DNA of 64,000 bases from an uncultured Candidatus Rokubacteria bacterium (GTDB lineage Bacteria > Methylomirabilota > Methylomirabilia > Rokubacteriales > CSP1-6), in the NCBI GenBank assembly GCA_963771355.1, contig CAVYTA010000005.1:256001-320000 (forward strand). The letters run 5' to 3'. The translations under genes were made by a program, and so were the position numbers. Positions 48,901 to 57,895 of the stretch are shown here, piece by piece. The notes beneath the pieces are model-generated. The model was not told the DNA's origin and made no database searches. It was given only the letters and a program-made list of their open reading frames with translations. Position 1 is the stretch's first letter. Every line of letters starts with the position of its first letter.

Positions 48901-49026
48901 CTCGTCGAAGAATGCGGACAGGAGCGCGCGGAGCTGCTCGGGATCTTGCCGCACCGCGAGCTCGGTCGAGCCGACGAGATCGGCGAAGAGCACCGTGACC
49001 AGCTTGCGTTCTTCAGAAGGTGGCAT
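45925..49026 (-). CDS. Class III adenylate/guanylate cyclase + AAA/STAND ATPase + TPR-like C-terminus
   Basis: LFADLVGST, KYAGDA, NLAARLQ; GEAGIGKS (Walker A), EDLHWAD (Walker B), GNPFF, FKHALTQEAAY. Confidence 0.92.
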   Translation of the reverse strand: MPPSEERKLVTVLFADLVGSTELAVRQDPEQLRALLSAFFDEMTHQIRAFGGVVEKYAGDAIMAVFGVPQVHEDDAERAVRAALAMRESLVQLNPMFEQEYGARLDLRVGIATGEAVAVTDPARELMVTGEVTNLAARLQSAAHGIVVCPETLRLVRSLIESESVGPLSLKGFPAPVNAHIVTGLRSIPEPRGVPGLSSPLVGREGEATALERCAKELGGGRGQIVSITGEAGIGKSRLKNELRENPPPNVRWLEGRCQAFTQTSSYAPLVQILRAVLQLTGTESQQVARTKLRVTLRSLVGSKYEQVHLAVAHLLGMQGEPGQPLPPAMDPRALQSQLVLALRSIVEALATREPVILTVEDLHWADPATIEVLTVLSELTDLLPLMILVTSRPDPEGGSWDFRFHAQRNYPHRLTELTLAPLPADASERLVENLLHVAELPEAIRKRILAQSEGNPFFVEEILRTLIEEGVLRREGSRWIAAGDVSRLAMPATLRGLIAARIDRLPPAAKATLQRASVIGRFLSYRALRALHEGDGELDRSLAHLLRAELIREWAHVPEREYLFKHALTQEAAYASILLDQRRELHRRLATFLEQEATPASDRAPLLAHHWQRAEEWEKALTYSLEAADRAMKLYARPEAIAHYWQALELLDRLPVTAERNRLRIDAVLSLVDLPGWRRNDRERTAGFEHLDRALTAVAELDNEPLMARVEAVRAWHRQDEASLRRALERAEASGDDSARAYATLHYGGHLGQVARYEAALSHIRQGIDLLGTLGRTLDQAWEMASSGRCYFARAGRIPESLDYAARARHLGDSLDDPKLRAWLAMEVEPYMYKGQWEDVVRIAEEGLPHCWVIREWSPLFWISAWAAIAYVRLGRLEHAKRLLDRALPECEAQGSSQVWMMVWLQMALAELSVALGDRTAALTAAHRAAHDAGQSHLRMEHGAALRVLGRTCEALADRDAADTAFRQSLELLEAIQSRPELGQTLLAYGRFRVRDDAAAGRALIERALGLFEEMGATGWIEDARAALQGPR

Positions 49027-49108
49027 CGAGCTCTCGTGACGAGGGAAACGGCTTCCTGTTCACGCGGACGCCTATCGTACGCCAATCTGCCGTCGGCGAC
49101 CGGCTAAG

Positions 49109-50509
49109 TTACCAGCTCTCTACGGCGTCGATGTAATTCTCGCCGAAGCGGATCCTCCGCACGCGCCCGTCGGGGCCGAGCTCGAACACCACCGTCTCGC
49201 CATGCGAGCCGTAGCTGTCCTTCTCCTCGGCGCGAAAGGTGTGCTCCCGCCCCTCGATGGGATGCAGGCGCGTGGCCATGGCGAGCGGATCGGGCAGGCC
49301 CGGCTCGATGAAGAGGAGGCCGTCGTCTACAAGGAGGACCTGCACGTCGCTCCACCGGTTGCGATACCGGCCGGCATAGCGCTGCCAGGCCGGATCGGGC
49401 GCGCGCCCGTCGTCGCGCGCCGTCGCCTTGGCGATGGGCGGGCCCACGTACTGCTGCGCGCGGTCCACGAACTGCTCGGGATTGCCGTCGTCGGCATTGG
49501 TCATCACAATCACCGCGAGCTTGTCGGCGGGCCAGATACGGAGCAGGGTGCGGTACCCCGGCAGCGAGCCGCCATGGCCAAAGCTGGTCTTGCCGCCCGC
49601 GCGCTGGATGCGGAAGCCGAGCCCCCAGCCCGCCTGCCAGTCCGGCTCCAGCCAGTGAACTCTCTGCATCTCCCGGATGGTGCTGCCGCGGAGGATCTGC
49701 GCGCCGCCCGCGGGTCCGTCGCGGAGCTGCAGCATCGCGAAGCGCGCGAGATCGGTCACGGAGGTGGTCATGTTGGCGGCGGCGGTGATGCCGCGCGTGT
49801 CCACGTAGGGAGCCGGCGCACGGCTGCCGTCGGGCATGCGGCGGCCATAGGGGCGGGCCAGGCGCCGGTCGGCGGGGTCGGGCGAGGACACGGAGGTGTC
49901 CTTCATCCCCAGCGGCTCCAGGATGTGGCGCGTCACGTAAGCGGCATAGGGCTCGCCGGACACGGCCTCCACCACGTCGCCGGCCAGGGCGAGGGCGAGG
50001 TTCGAGTACTTCCACTGGGTCTCGGTGGCGATGACACCTGCCTGGCGGGCGAGGCCCTCGCGGAGGCGCTCCACCGTCGGAAAGTCGAAGTCGGTCCAGT
50101 AGGGGAAGGCGGCCTCGCGCGGTAGCCCGGACGTATGGGTGAGCAGATGGCGAATGGTGACGGGCGGCGCCTCCGCGGACTTGCTCGGGACGGCGAACCA
50201 CGGCAAGTGGCGGGTCAGCGGATCGTCGAGCTGGAGCCGGCCCGCGTCGCGGAGCTGGAGGATGGCGGTGGCGGTGAAGGTCTTGGTGATGGAGGCGATG
50301 CGGTAGAGAGTGTCGGCGGTCGCCGGGACCCGGCGCTCCACGTCGGCCCAGCCGAAGCCCTGCGCCCAGACGAGGGACTGATCGTGCACGAGGCCGATGG
50401 AGACCCCCGGCAGGCCGCTGTACGCGCGCTGGTTCTCGATCCACGCGGCGACCACGGAGATGGCGGCGGTGACGTCGGGGCGCTCGGACAGTGCCGGGTC
50501 GGCAGTCAT
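49109..50509 (-). CDS. Serine hydrolase, beta-lactamase/penicillin-binding (AmpC-like) family
   Basis: ASITK (SxxK), LLTHTSG, YSN, GHGG; no signal peptide. Confidence 0.88.
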   Translation of the reverse strand: MTADPALSERPDVTAAISVVAAWIENQRAYSGLPGVSIGLVHDQSLVWAQGFGWADVERRVPATADTLYRIASITKTFTATAILQLRDAGRLQLDDPLTRHLPWFAVPSKSAEAPPVTIRHLLTHTSGLPREAAFPYWTDFDFPTVERLREGLARQAGVIATETQWKYSNLALALAGDVVEAVSGEPYAAYVTRHILEPLGMKDTSVSSPDPADRRLARPYGRRMPDGSRAPAPYVDTRGITAAANMTTSVTDLARFAMLQLRDGPAGGAQILRGSTIREMQRVHWLEPDWQAGWGLGFRIQRAGGKTSFGHGGSLPGYRTLLRIWPADKLAVIVMTNADDGNPEQFVDRAQQYVGPPIAKATARDDGRAPDPAWQRYAGRYRNRWSDVQVLLVDDGLLFIEPGLPDPLAMATRLHPIEGREHTFRAEEKDSYGSHGETVVFELGPDGRVRRIRFGENYIDAVESW

Positions 50510-50597
50510 GACGGCTCCAGAGTCTAATCGCGTCGCGGCCAATTGGACAGCCCGGTGTATACTCGCGGCCAATGCAGAGTTCCGCGATACCCCGGCC

Positions 50598-52022
50598 ATG
50601 AGCCGGCCCAAGGCCAAGCGCACCCCGACACGGCGGCCCCCCGCTCGCTCCACCCGCCGCCCCGCCGTAGCCGCCGCGCCGCCCGCGCCCACCACGCCGC
50701 CCGCCCCGCCGGAAGCCCTGGTCCCGCCCCCGGCGGCGGTGCCGGAGCCCATCGCCATCTCGGCCCCGGAGCTGGTATTTGCCGCGCGCCGCCCGGAGAC
50801 GGCTCATCCGCGCCCGCTGCCCGTGGTCCGGCGCGGGATCTTCTTCGACGTCGAGAACTCGAGCCGTCCGGAGCACGTGGCGGCGGTGCTGGAGCATCTC
50901 AACATCGACCGCGGCCATCACCTCACCGACCTGCTGGCGGTGGGGAACTGGAAGGTGGCCAGCCCGGAGACGGCGCGCTATCTCGCCCAGCGCGGCGCGC
51001 AGCTCATCCACAGCGCGCCGTCCACCGGGGTGAAGGACTGGAGCGACCTCCGCATCGCGGTGGCGGCGGGCGTGTGGCTCGCGGGCGCGCGGCCGGGCGA
51101 CGCCATCGAGATCATCACCGACGATCAGGCCTTCGACGCGGTGGGAGACGTGGCGGCGGGCCTGGGCGTGCACTATCAGCGCCTCTCCTTCCGTGGGCTG
51201 GCGGGGATGGGCGTGCTCCCGGTGGTGTCTTCCTCGGTCTCCGCGGAGTCGCGGGGCGGACGGGGGGGCCGGCGGCGCGGCCGGCGCGGCGGACGTGGTG
51301 GGGACCGCCACGGGCCGCCCCGCTCCGAGTCACGCGTGGAGGCGCGCCCGTCACACCCTGCGCCCCACCGGGAGCCGGCGGCGCCGTCGCACCGCGCCGC
51401 CCCGGCAGCGGTCACCGGTGCGGCCCATACCGCGCCGGCCGAGGAGATTCGCGCGGTGGTGGACGAGCTGCTCCGCACCTCGCCCATCGGCATCACGCTC
51501 GACACCCTCTCGAACGCCCTGAAATCGCGCGGTTTTCGCCGGACGCCCGGCTCGCCGCGGCTCATTACGCGGCTGCGCAACCTCAAGGGCATCGAGGTGA
51601 CCCGCGCCGGAATCGTGCGGCTTCTCGAGCCGGGGGGGAGCGAGCGGGCCGAGGCGCCGCGGGCCGAGCGGGCCGAGGCTCCACGGGCCGAGCCGCCGCG
51701 GAACGAGCCGCCTCCGTTGCGCGCCGTGTCCCAGCTCGCGGGCATGCCGGAGATCGTCGCCTCGAATTTCGCGTCCTTGGGGCCCAGGAGCGAGCCGGAA
51801 CCCGAGACCGAGAGTGACTCGGAGGATGAGCCCGGGCCCGGGAACGAGGCGGAGCCCGGCAATCGCGGGGAGCCGGGACAGCCATCGGAGCCGGGGACGG
51901 GGCGGCGCCGGCGCCGTGGCGGGCGTCGTCGCCGGGGGCGGCGTGGCGGTGGCGGGTCGGGGGGGCCGGGCGCCGGGGTGGGGCCGGTGAAGGCGCCCGC
52001 ACCCCAGAGCGAGAGCGCCTAG
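50598..52022 (+). CDS. NYN (PIN-like) domain protein with low-complexity Arg/Gly and Pro/Glu regions
   Basis: IFFDVEN, KDWSDLRIA, ITDDQAFD acidic motifs; a small helical domain ITLDTLSNALKSRGF. Confidence 0.75.
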   Translation: MSRPKAKRTPTRRPPARSTRRPAVAAAPPAPTTPPAPPEALVPPPAAVPEPIAISAPELVFAARRPETAHPRPLPVVRRGIFFDVENSSRPEHVAAVLEHLNIDRGHHLTDLLAVGNWKVASPETARYLAQRGAQLIHSAPSTGVKDWSDLRIAVAAGVWLAGARPGDAIEIITDDQAFDAVGDVAAGLGVHYQRLSFRGLAGMGVLPVVSSSVSAESRGGRGGRRRGRRGGRGGDRHGPPRSESRVEARPSHPAPHREPAAPSHRAAPAAVTGAAHTAPAEEIRAVVDELLRTSPIGITLDTLSNALKSRGFRRTPGSPRLITRLRNLKGIEVTRAGIVRLLEPGGSERAEAPRAERAEAPRAEPPRNEPPPLRAVSQLAGMPEIVASNFASLGPRSEPEPETESDSEDEPGPGNEAEPGNRGEPGQPSEPGTGRRRRRGGRRRRGRRGGGGSGGPGAGVGPVKAPAPQSESA

Positions 52023-52053
52023 GGGAAAGAAAAGAGCGCCTAGCAGGCGATTG

Positions 52054-52083
52054 TTGACGATCCCGCTCAAAAGGGACCATAAT
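52054..52083 (+). promoter_or_regulatory. Sigma70-type promoter of the T2SS operon
   Basis: TTGACG-N18-CATAAT in an AT-richer patch. Confidence 0.6.
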
Positions 52084-52092
52084 CTCAGTACC

Positions 52093-53796
52093 TTGCAAAC
52101 TGCATTTCCGGGGCAACGCTCCCTGGGCCAAATCCTCGTAAGGGCTGACATTATCACCCCTGAGACCCTTGAGGAGGCCCTCGCGCAGGCAGGTCAAGAC
52201 CAGCGGCGTCTCGGGGAGGTGCTGATCGCCCTGGGCGCCGCCACCGCTACCGATGTGTTGCGGGCACTGGCGGAGCAGCAGGGGTTGCCCTTCCTTTCGG
52301 GAGAGGAGCTGCCCTCGACCCCCCTGGCGCTCAAGGACCTCTCCCCCAAGTACCTGCGCCAGTACGTGGCCTGTCCAATCGCCATGGAGGGCTCGGTGCT
52401 GATGGTGGCCACGGCCGAGCCGACCAATCCCCAGTTGCTGGACGATCTGCAGCAGAGCCTCGGGGTGACGGTCAAGCTGTATGTAGCCCCCGCCCCGGCC
52501 ATTCTGGAGGCGATCGAGCGGGCGTACGGGGCCAACACCGCGCTGCAGAAGATCGTCGAGGGCATGGGGCCAGCCGGCGGCGAGCGCGACGGCGAGTTCG
52601 AGGAAGACGTGAACCACCTCCGGGACATGGCGTTCGAGCCGCCGGTCGTGCGGCTGGTCAATATCCTCATCGACGGGGCGCTGGCCGCCGATGCCTCCGA
52701 CATCCACATCGAGCCCTTCGAGGACAGCCTGCACGTCCGCTACCGCATCGATGGGTTGCTGTACGATCAGGAGGCTCCCCCTCGCCGACTCCGGGCCGCG
52801 CTCACCTCGCGTATCAAGATCATGGCCGAGATGAATATCGCCGAGCGCCGCCTGCCCCAGGACGGACGTATCCGGGTCACCGCGCACGGCCGGCGCGTGG
52901 ACATCCGCGTCTCCACTGTTCCGACCATCCACGGCGAGTCCATCGTGATGCGGCTGCTCGACCGATCCTCGGTCTTCCTGCCCTTCGATCGCCTCGGCTT
53001 CTCGCGCGGCACCGCGGAGACCTTCGAGGGGCTGATCCGGCGGCCGCACGGCATCCTCCTCGTCACCGGCCCCACGGGCTCCGGCAAGACGACCACGCTC
53101 TACGCGGCGCTCGACAAGATCAATCGCCCCGACCTCAAGATCATCACCGTCGAGGACCCGGTGGAGTACCAGCTCAAGGGGGTGAATCAGATCCCGGTCA
53201 AGCCCAAGATCGGGCTCAGCTTCGCCGCCGGGCTCCGCCACATCGTGCGGCAGGACCCCGATGTGATCATGGTCGGCGAGATCCGGGACCTCGAGACGGC
53301 AGAGATCTCCATCCAGGCGGCGCTCACCGGACACCTCGTCTTCTCCACCCTGCACACCAACGACGCGCCCGGCGCGATCACGCGGCTGCAGGACATGGGG
53401 TGCGAGCCGTACCTGTTCTCGTCGGTCCTGAACGGGGTGCTGGCCCAGCGTCTGGTCCGGCGCATCTGTGAGGTCTGCCGGGCCCCCAAGGTGGCCGAGC
53501 CCTCCGAGCTGGCCGCCCTGGGCGTCGCCGCCACCGGGGCGGAGGAGCTGTTCCACGGCAAGGGCTGCGACGAGTGTCGGGGCACCGGCTACCGCGGCCG
53601 CACCGGCATCTACGAGCTCCTCAGGATCAACGAGGAGGTGCGCAGCCTGATCGTGCGGAAGGCGTCCGGCGGCGAGCTCCGGCGCCACGCCGTCGCGCAC
53701 GGGATGCTCACGCTGCGGGAGGACGGCTGGGCCAAGGCGTGCGCGGGAGTGACGACAGTGGCGGAGATCCTGCGGGTCACCCAGGAAGAGACCTAG
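52093..53796 (+). CDS. gspE: Type II secretion ATPase (start uncertain; TTG 52093 chosen)
   Basis: ASDIHIEP, LPQDGR, GPTGSGKTT, VEDPVEY, RQDPDVIMVGEIRD, STLHTND, CxxC..CxxC. Confidence 0.93.
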   Translation: MQTAFPGQRSLGQILVRADIITPETLEEALAQAGQDQRRLGEVLIALGAATATDVLRALAEQQGLPFLSGEELPSTPLALKDLSPKYLRQYVACPIAMEGSVLMVATAEPTNPQLLDDLQQSLGVTVKLYVAPAPAILEAIERAYGANTALQKIVEGMGPAGGERDGEFEEDVNHLRDMAFEPPVVRLVNILIDGALAADASDIHIEPFEDSLHVRYRIDGLLYDQEAPPRRLRAALTSRIKIMAEMNIAERRLPQDGRIRVTAHGRRVDIRVSTVPTIHGESIVMRLLDRSSVFLPFDRLGFSRGTAETFEGLIRRPHGILLVTGPTGSGKTTTLYAALDKINRPDLKIITVEDPVEYQLKGVNQIPVKPKIGLSFAAGLRHIVRQDPDVIMVGEIRDLETAEISIQAALTGHLVFSTLHTNDAPGAITRLQDMGCEPYLFSSVLNGVLAQRLVRRICEVCRAPKVAEPSELAALGVAATGAEELFHGKGCDECRGTGYRGRTGIYELLRINEEVRSLIVRKASGGELRRHAVAHGMLTLREDGWAKACAGVTTVAEILRVTQEET

Positions 53797-53797
53797 C

Positions 53798-55021
53798 GTG
53801 ACGATCTTCGCGTACCGGGCCGCGGACCGGAGCGGCCAGAGCATCGACGGAGTCATGGAAGCGCCCGACGCCCGGACGGTCGTCGATCGGCTGCAGCGCG
53901 ACGCATACTTCCCGATCACGATCGTCCCCCAGGGTGGGCGGCGTCGCGTGCTGGGTCTCGCGTGGCCGGACCTGGGCCTCGGGCGTGTCGCCCGCCGTGA
54001 CCTCCTGGCCCTCACCCAGCAGCTCGCGACACTGCTCGAGGCCGGCATGCCGCTCGATCGCGCGCTGACGATCCAGGTCGAGCTGGCGCCGAACGCCCGG
54101 GTCCGCTCGATCATGGGCGATGTGCTGCGCAGTGTGCGCGCCGGTTCCTCGCTGGCCGATGCGCTCGCCAAGCATCATCCCCGGCCGTTCTCCCGGCTCT
54201 ACGTGAACATGGTGCGGGCGGGGGAGAAGGGGGGCGTGCTCGAGTCCACCCTCCGGCGGCTGGCCGAGTTCCTGGAGGAGTCCCAAGAGTTCCGAGACGC
54301 AATGGTCTCGGCGCTGATCTATCCGGCGCTGCTCGTCGGCGTGGGCTCGGCAGCAGTGATCTTCCTGTTGACGTTCGTCGTCCCGCGCTTCGCCGCCATC
54401 TTCGGTGACCTGGACGCGACCCTCCCGCTCCCCACGTTGCTCCTTCTCCGCTTGAGCGAGGGGATGCAGCAGCACGCGTGGCTGCTGGGCCTGGGCGCTC
54501 TGGCCGCCCTGGTGGCGATCCGGATGGTGCTGGCGACGGCGGCGGGCCGACTCCGGGCGGATCGCCTGCTCCTCGGCCTTCCCATCGTCGGCGACGTCAT
54601 CGTCAAGATCGAGGTCGCGCGCTTCACCCGCATCCTGGGCACGCTGCTCCGGAGCGGCGTGGCCCTGGTCAGCGCCCTCGCCGTGGTCACCGAGCTGCTG
54701 GCGAACCGCGCGCTGGCTCGCGCGGTCGAGGGCCTGGGGGATGGTGTTCGGCGCGGTGCCGGTCTCGCCCAGCCGATCGCCGATGCGGGCGTCTTCCCGC
54801 GTCTGGCCGTCCACATGGTGCGCGTGGGCGAGGAGACGGGCCGGCTCGAAGAGATGCTCCTGCGGATCGCCACGGCGTACGAGGCCGAGAGCCGCAAGCT
54901 CGTCAAGCGGCTGATCGCGCTCGCCGAGCCCTCCGTCATCCTGGTCATGGGCTTGGTGGTGGGCTTCATCGTCGTGGCCATGCTCCTGGCCATCCTCTCC
55001 GTCACCGACATTCCGATCTAG
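53798..55021 (+). CDS. gspF: T2SS inner-membrane platform protein
   Basis: QQLATLLEAG, AGEKGG, ALIYP, VGEETGRL, EP. Confidence 0.92.
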   Translation: MTIFAYRAADRSGQSIDGVMEAPDARTVVDRLQRDAYFPITIVPQGGRRRVLGLAWPDLGLGRVARRDLLALTQQLATLLEAGMPLDRALTIQVELAPNARVRSIMGDVLRSVRAGSSLADALAKHHPRPFSRLYVNMVRAGEKGGVLESTLRRLAEFLEESQEFRDAMVSALIYPALLVGVGSAAVIFLLTFVVPRFAAIFGDLDATLPLPTLLLLRLSEGMQQHAWLLGLGALAALVAIRMVLATAAGRLRADRLLLGLPIVGDVIVKIEVARFTRILGTLLRSGVALVSALAVVTELLANRALARAVEGLGDGVRRGAGLAQPIADAGVFPRLAVHMVRVGEETGRLEEMLLRIATAYEAESRKLVKRLIALAEPSVILVMGLVVGFIVVAMLLAILSVTDIPI

Positions 55022-55043
55022 GTTGCCCAACCGAGGACGTACC

Positions 55044-55499
55044 GTGACGTCAGTGTCCACCGTGCTCGATGAACCGGCATCCAACGGCCAGCGGGGGTTC
55101 TCGCTGGTCGAGCTGCTGGTCGTCATCATCATCCTGGGCCTGCTCGCCGGACTGGTCGGGCCGCGGCTCTTCGGCCGGGTCGGGCAGAGCAAGCAAGCGA
55201 CGGCCCGGGCCCAGATCGAGCTGTTCGGCGCCGCGCTCGACCAGTATCGTCTCGACGTCGGCGCGTATCCGCCCGCGGGCGTCGGCCTGTCGGCGCTGAT
55301 CCAGAGCCCCAACGCGGCGAACTGGAACGGTCCCTATCTCAAGAAGAACTTCGTGCCCCTCGATCCGTGGGGCAAGCCCTATCAGTACAAGTGCTGCCCG
55401 GGGGACCGGGGCGACTACGACATCTGGACCTACGGGGCGGACGGAGCCGCGGGCGGCGAGGGCGAAAACGCCGACGTCACGTCGTGGGACGCGCGGTGA
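55044..55499 (+). CDS. gspG: T2SS major pseudopilin
   Basis: GFSLVEL, ALDQYRLDVGAYP, WNGPYLKK, DPWG, YGADG...GEGENAD. Confidence 0.93.
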   Translation: MTSVSTVLDEPASNGQRGFSLVELLVVIIILGLLAGLVGPRLFGRVGQSKQATARAQIELFGAALDQYRLDVGAYPPAGVGLSALIQSPNAANWNGPYLKKNFVPLDPWGKPYQYKCCPGDRGDYDIWTYGADGAAGGEGENADVTSWDAR

Positions 55500-55963
55500 G
55501 ACGCGCCGGGCACCGCGGCGGCTACACCCTGATCGAGGTGGTGATGGTCCTGGCCGTGCTCGCCGTGGCCTGCGCGGTGATGACCCCCGCGGTGGGCCGG
55601 ACGATCGACGGGGTGAAGGTGCGGACGGAGGTGGCGGGGGTCGCGTCGTTCCTGCGCCGGGCCCGCGAGCAGGCGGTCACGCGTGGAGAGCCGTACGAGG
55701 TGGCGCTCGATTCCGGGGCGCGCACGCTGCTGTTCCGCCGCGCCGGCGGCGAGTCGAGGGCGGGCGTCGAGGCGCGCCGCGTCCTCTCGCCCTTGCTCCA
55801 CGTCACCGCCGCGCCGGGCCACGTCCCGACGCGGATCACCTTCATGCCCCAGGGCCGGTCGAGCGGCGGAATCCTGCGGATCGAGGCGGTGGGGCCGCGG
55901 GTGTACCTCATCACCGTGGATCCGCTGACGGGGCGCGTGACGACACAGCGGGTGGACGCATGA
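55496..55963 (+). CDS. gspH: T2SS minor pseudopilin H
   Basis: GYTLIEV, AREQAV, ITFMPQGRSSGG; GTGA overlap. Confidence 0.85.
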   Translation: MRRAGHRGGYTLIEVVMVLAVLAVACAVMTPAVGRTIDGVKVRTEVAGVASFLRRAREQAVTRGEPYEVALDSGARTLLFRRAGGESRAGVEARRVLSPLLHVTAAPGHVPTRITFMPQGRSSGGILRIEAVGPRVYLITVDPLTGRVTTQRVDA

Positions 55964-56358
55964 GCCGCGGATTCACTCTGCTCGAGGTCCTCGTGGCCAT
56001 GACCATCCTGGCGCTGGCCCTCGTGGCCCTGCTGCAGCTGTCCGCCCAGGGCCTGCGCCTGCTGCGCCTGTCGGAAGATTACCAGGAGGCGGTGCGCCTG
56101 GCTGACCATCTCGCGGGCGGCATCGAGCCCGCGCAGGAGCGCGTGGAGGCGGGGCAGCAGGGGGTCCTTCGCTGGGAGCGCCGGACCACGCTGGTGCCCG
56201 TGCCGGAGGAGCTGACTCCCGCCGCGGGACCGCCGTCCCGCATGTATGCGGTGTCGGTGGCGGTGCGCTGGGGGCGCAATCGCACGCTGGAGCTGGTGAG
56301 CCTCCGCACGGTGGTAGGGGCGCCGGATGGCACGACGTCCGAGCGCGCAATCCGATGA
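55960..56358 (+). CDS. gspI: T2SS minor pseudopilin I
   Basis: GFTLLEVLVA; position in the operon. Confidence 0.85.
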   Translation: MSRGFTLLEVLVAMTILALALVALLQLSAQGLRLLRLSEDYQEAVRLADHLAGGIEPAQERVEAGQQGVLRWERRTTLVPVPEELTPAAGPPSRMYAVSVAVRWGRNRTLELVSLRTVVGAPDGTTSERAIR

Positions 56359-56957
56359 CCGACCGTCGCGCTCGCGGCTTCACGCTCATCGAGATGCTGC
56401 TGGCGCTGAGCATCGGGGCGGCCCTGCTCGTCGCCATGTTCGGGGGCGTCCGGGTGGGGCTGGCCGCGTGGAGCCGGGGCGAAGCGCGGGCGATGACCCT
56501 CGAGCACGGTCGCACCCTCGCCCAGGTCCTCGGACGGGCCGTGGCGGGGACGTATCCCTATCGGGGCGCGCCGGTCGTGGGTGCGCCCGTGCGTATCATC
56601 TTCGAAGGCCAGCCGGACCGATTTACCTTCGTCACCCTCGCGCCTTCCATCCCGGCGCTGGCCCCAATCACCTTCACCGCGGTGAGCCTGTCCCGGGACG
56701 AGCAGGGGCTCGCGGTGCGCCAGCTCCCCCTGCCCAACCTCGAGCCGGTCGATCGTGTCGCGCCCGTCCTGGTGGATCCGACCGTCATCGCGGTGCGCTT
56801 CCGCTACCTCGGTGAGGAAGACTGGAAGGACCGGTGGGACATGACCAAGGAGGACAGCTTGCCTCGCGCGGTGGAGATCGTGCTGACCACCGCCGTCGGC
56901 AATCGCGCCGTGGAGCAGCCTCCGCTCCTCGTGCCCATCAGGGCCTTCACGCCATGA
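56355..56957 (+). CDS. gspJ: T2SS minor pseudopilin J
   Basis: GFTLIEM, RFRY...W.D.W...LPRAVEI. Confidence 0.85.
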   Translation: MTDRRARGFTLIEMLLALSIGAALLVAMFGGVRVGLAAWSRGEARAMTLEHGRTLAQVLGRAVAGTYPYRGAPVVGAPVRIIFEGQPDRFTFVTLAPSIPALAPITFTAVSLSRDEQGLAVRQLPLPNLEPVDRVAPVLVDPTVIAVRFRYLGEEDWKDRWDMTKEDSLPRAVEIVLTTAVGNRAVEQPPLLVPIRAFTP

Positions 56958-57895
56958 AGACCGAGCGCGGCTTCGTCCTGATCTCCGTCCTGCTGGCGCT
57001 GACTCTCCTCGCGGTAGTGGTCACCGAGTTCGTCTTTTCCATGCGGCTCGAGGCGTCGATGGTCCGTTCGTATCGGGACAGCGTGCTGGCCGCGCACCTG
57101 GCCGAAGGCGGGGTGCAGCAGGCCATTCGCGAGGTCCTGAGCCAGGCCCAGATCACCGCACTGGACGAGGACGGGCAGCTGGTCTTCTACCGAGCCCTCC
57201 CGGGGCAGACCACCCCCGAGCGTTTGCCGCCCCTGCCGCGCACCCGCGTGCCCCTGGGACGGGGAGAGTTCTCCTATCGGATCACCGACGAAGCGGCACG
57301 GCTCGACATCAACACGAGCACCCCCGCGCGGCTGGACCGCCTGCTCGCCGCCCTGGACGTCGAGCGGCGACAGCGCGACATCATCAACGACTCGCTCCAG
57401 GACTGGCGCGACCGTGACGAGGTGCACCGGCTCAACGGCGCCGAGAGCGAGGACGTCTATCTCCGGCTGCCGGTTCCGTACCGCTCGCGGAACGGCAATC
57501 TCCAGGATGCGGCGGAGCTACGCCAGATCCGGGGCGTGAGCCACGAGCTCTACGTGGGGACGGGTGACCGCCCCGGACTCGGCGACCTGGTCACCGCCGT
57601 CGCGGTCGGTCGCGTCAACCTGAACACTGCCCCCGCGCCGGTCCTCAAGGCTCTCGGCTTCGCGGATGCCGAAGTCTCCGACGTCCTTCAGACGCGCGTC
57701 CGAACTCCCTACCTCACGGTGCCGGGCCAATTCGCGGCTCGCGGCCTGGTGGTCGGCAGCGCCATCTTCCGGATCGAGGCCGAGGGCCGCATACCCGGCT
57801 CACCGCCGAGCCGCGTCCTCGCCATCGTTCAACGAGGTGGGCAGACCGGTGCGGTGGGGGTGACGTTCCGCCTGTGGCGCCCGGAGATCGACTGA
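56954..57895 (+). CDS. gspK: T2SS minor pseudopilin K
   Basis: GFVLISVL (no Glu5), DEAARLDIN, DWRD.D, GAE, VNLNTAP. Confidence 0.88.
   Translation: MKTERGFVLISVLLALTLLAVVVTEFVFSMRLEASMVRSYRDSVLAAHLAEGGVQQAIREVLSQAQITALDEDGQLVFYRALPGQTTPERLPPLPRTRVPLGRGEFSYRITDEAARLDINTSTPARLDRLLAALDVERRQRDIINDSLQDWRDRDEVHRLNGAESEDVYLRLPVPYRSRNGNLQDAAELRQIRGVSHELYVGTGDRPGLGDLVTAVAVGRVNLNTAPAPVLKALGFADAEVSDVLQTRVRTPYLTVPGQFAARGLVVGSAIFRIEAEGRIPGSPPSRVLAIVQRGGQTGAVGVTFRLWRPEID

Noticed and set aside
49109..50509. Beta-lactam resistance gene (ampC)
   Set aside because: No signal peptide; SxxK/YxN/HGG with a C-terminal extension is typical of cytoplasmic esterases or peptidases.
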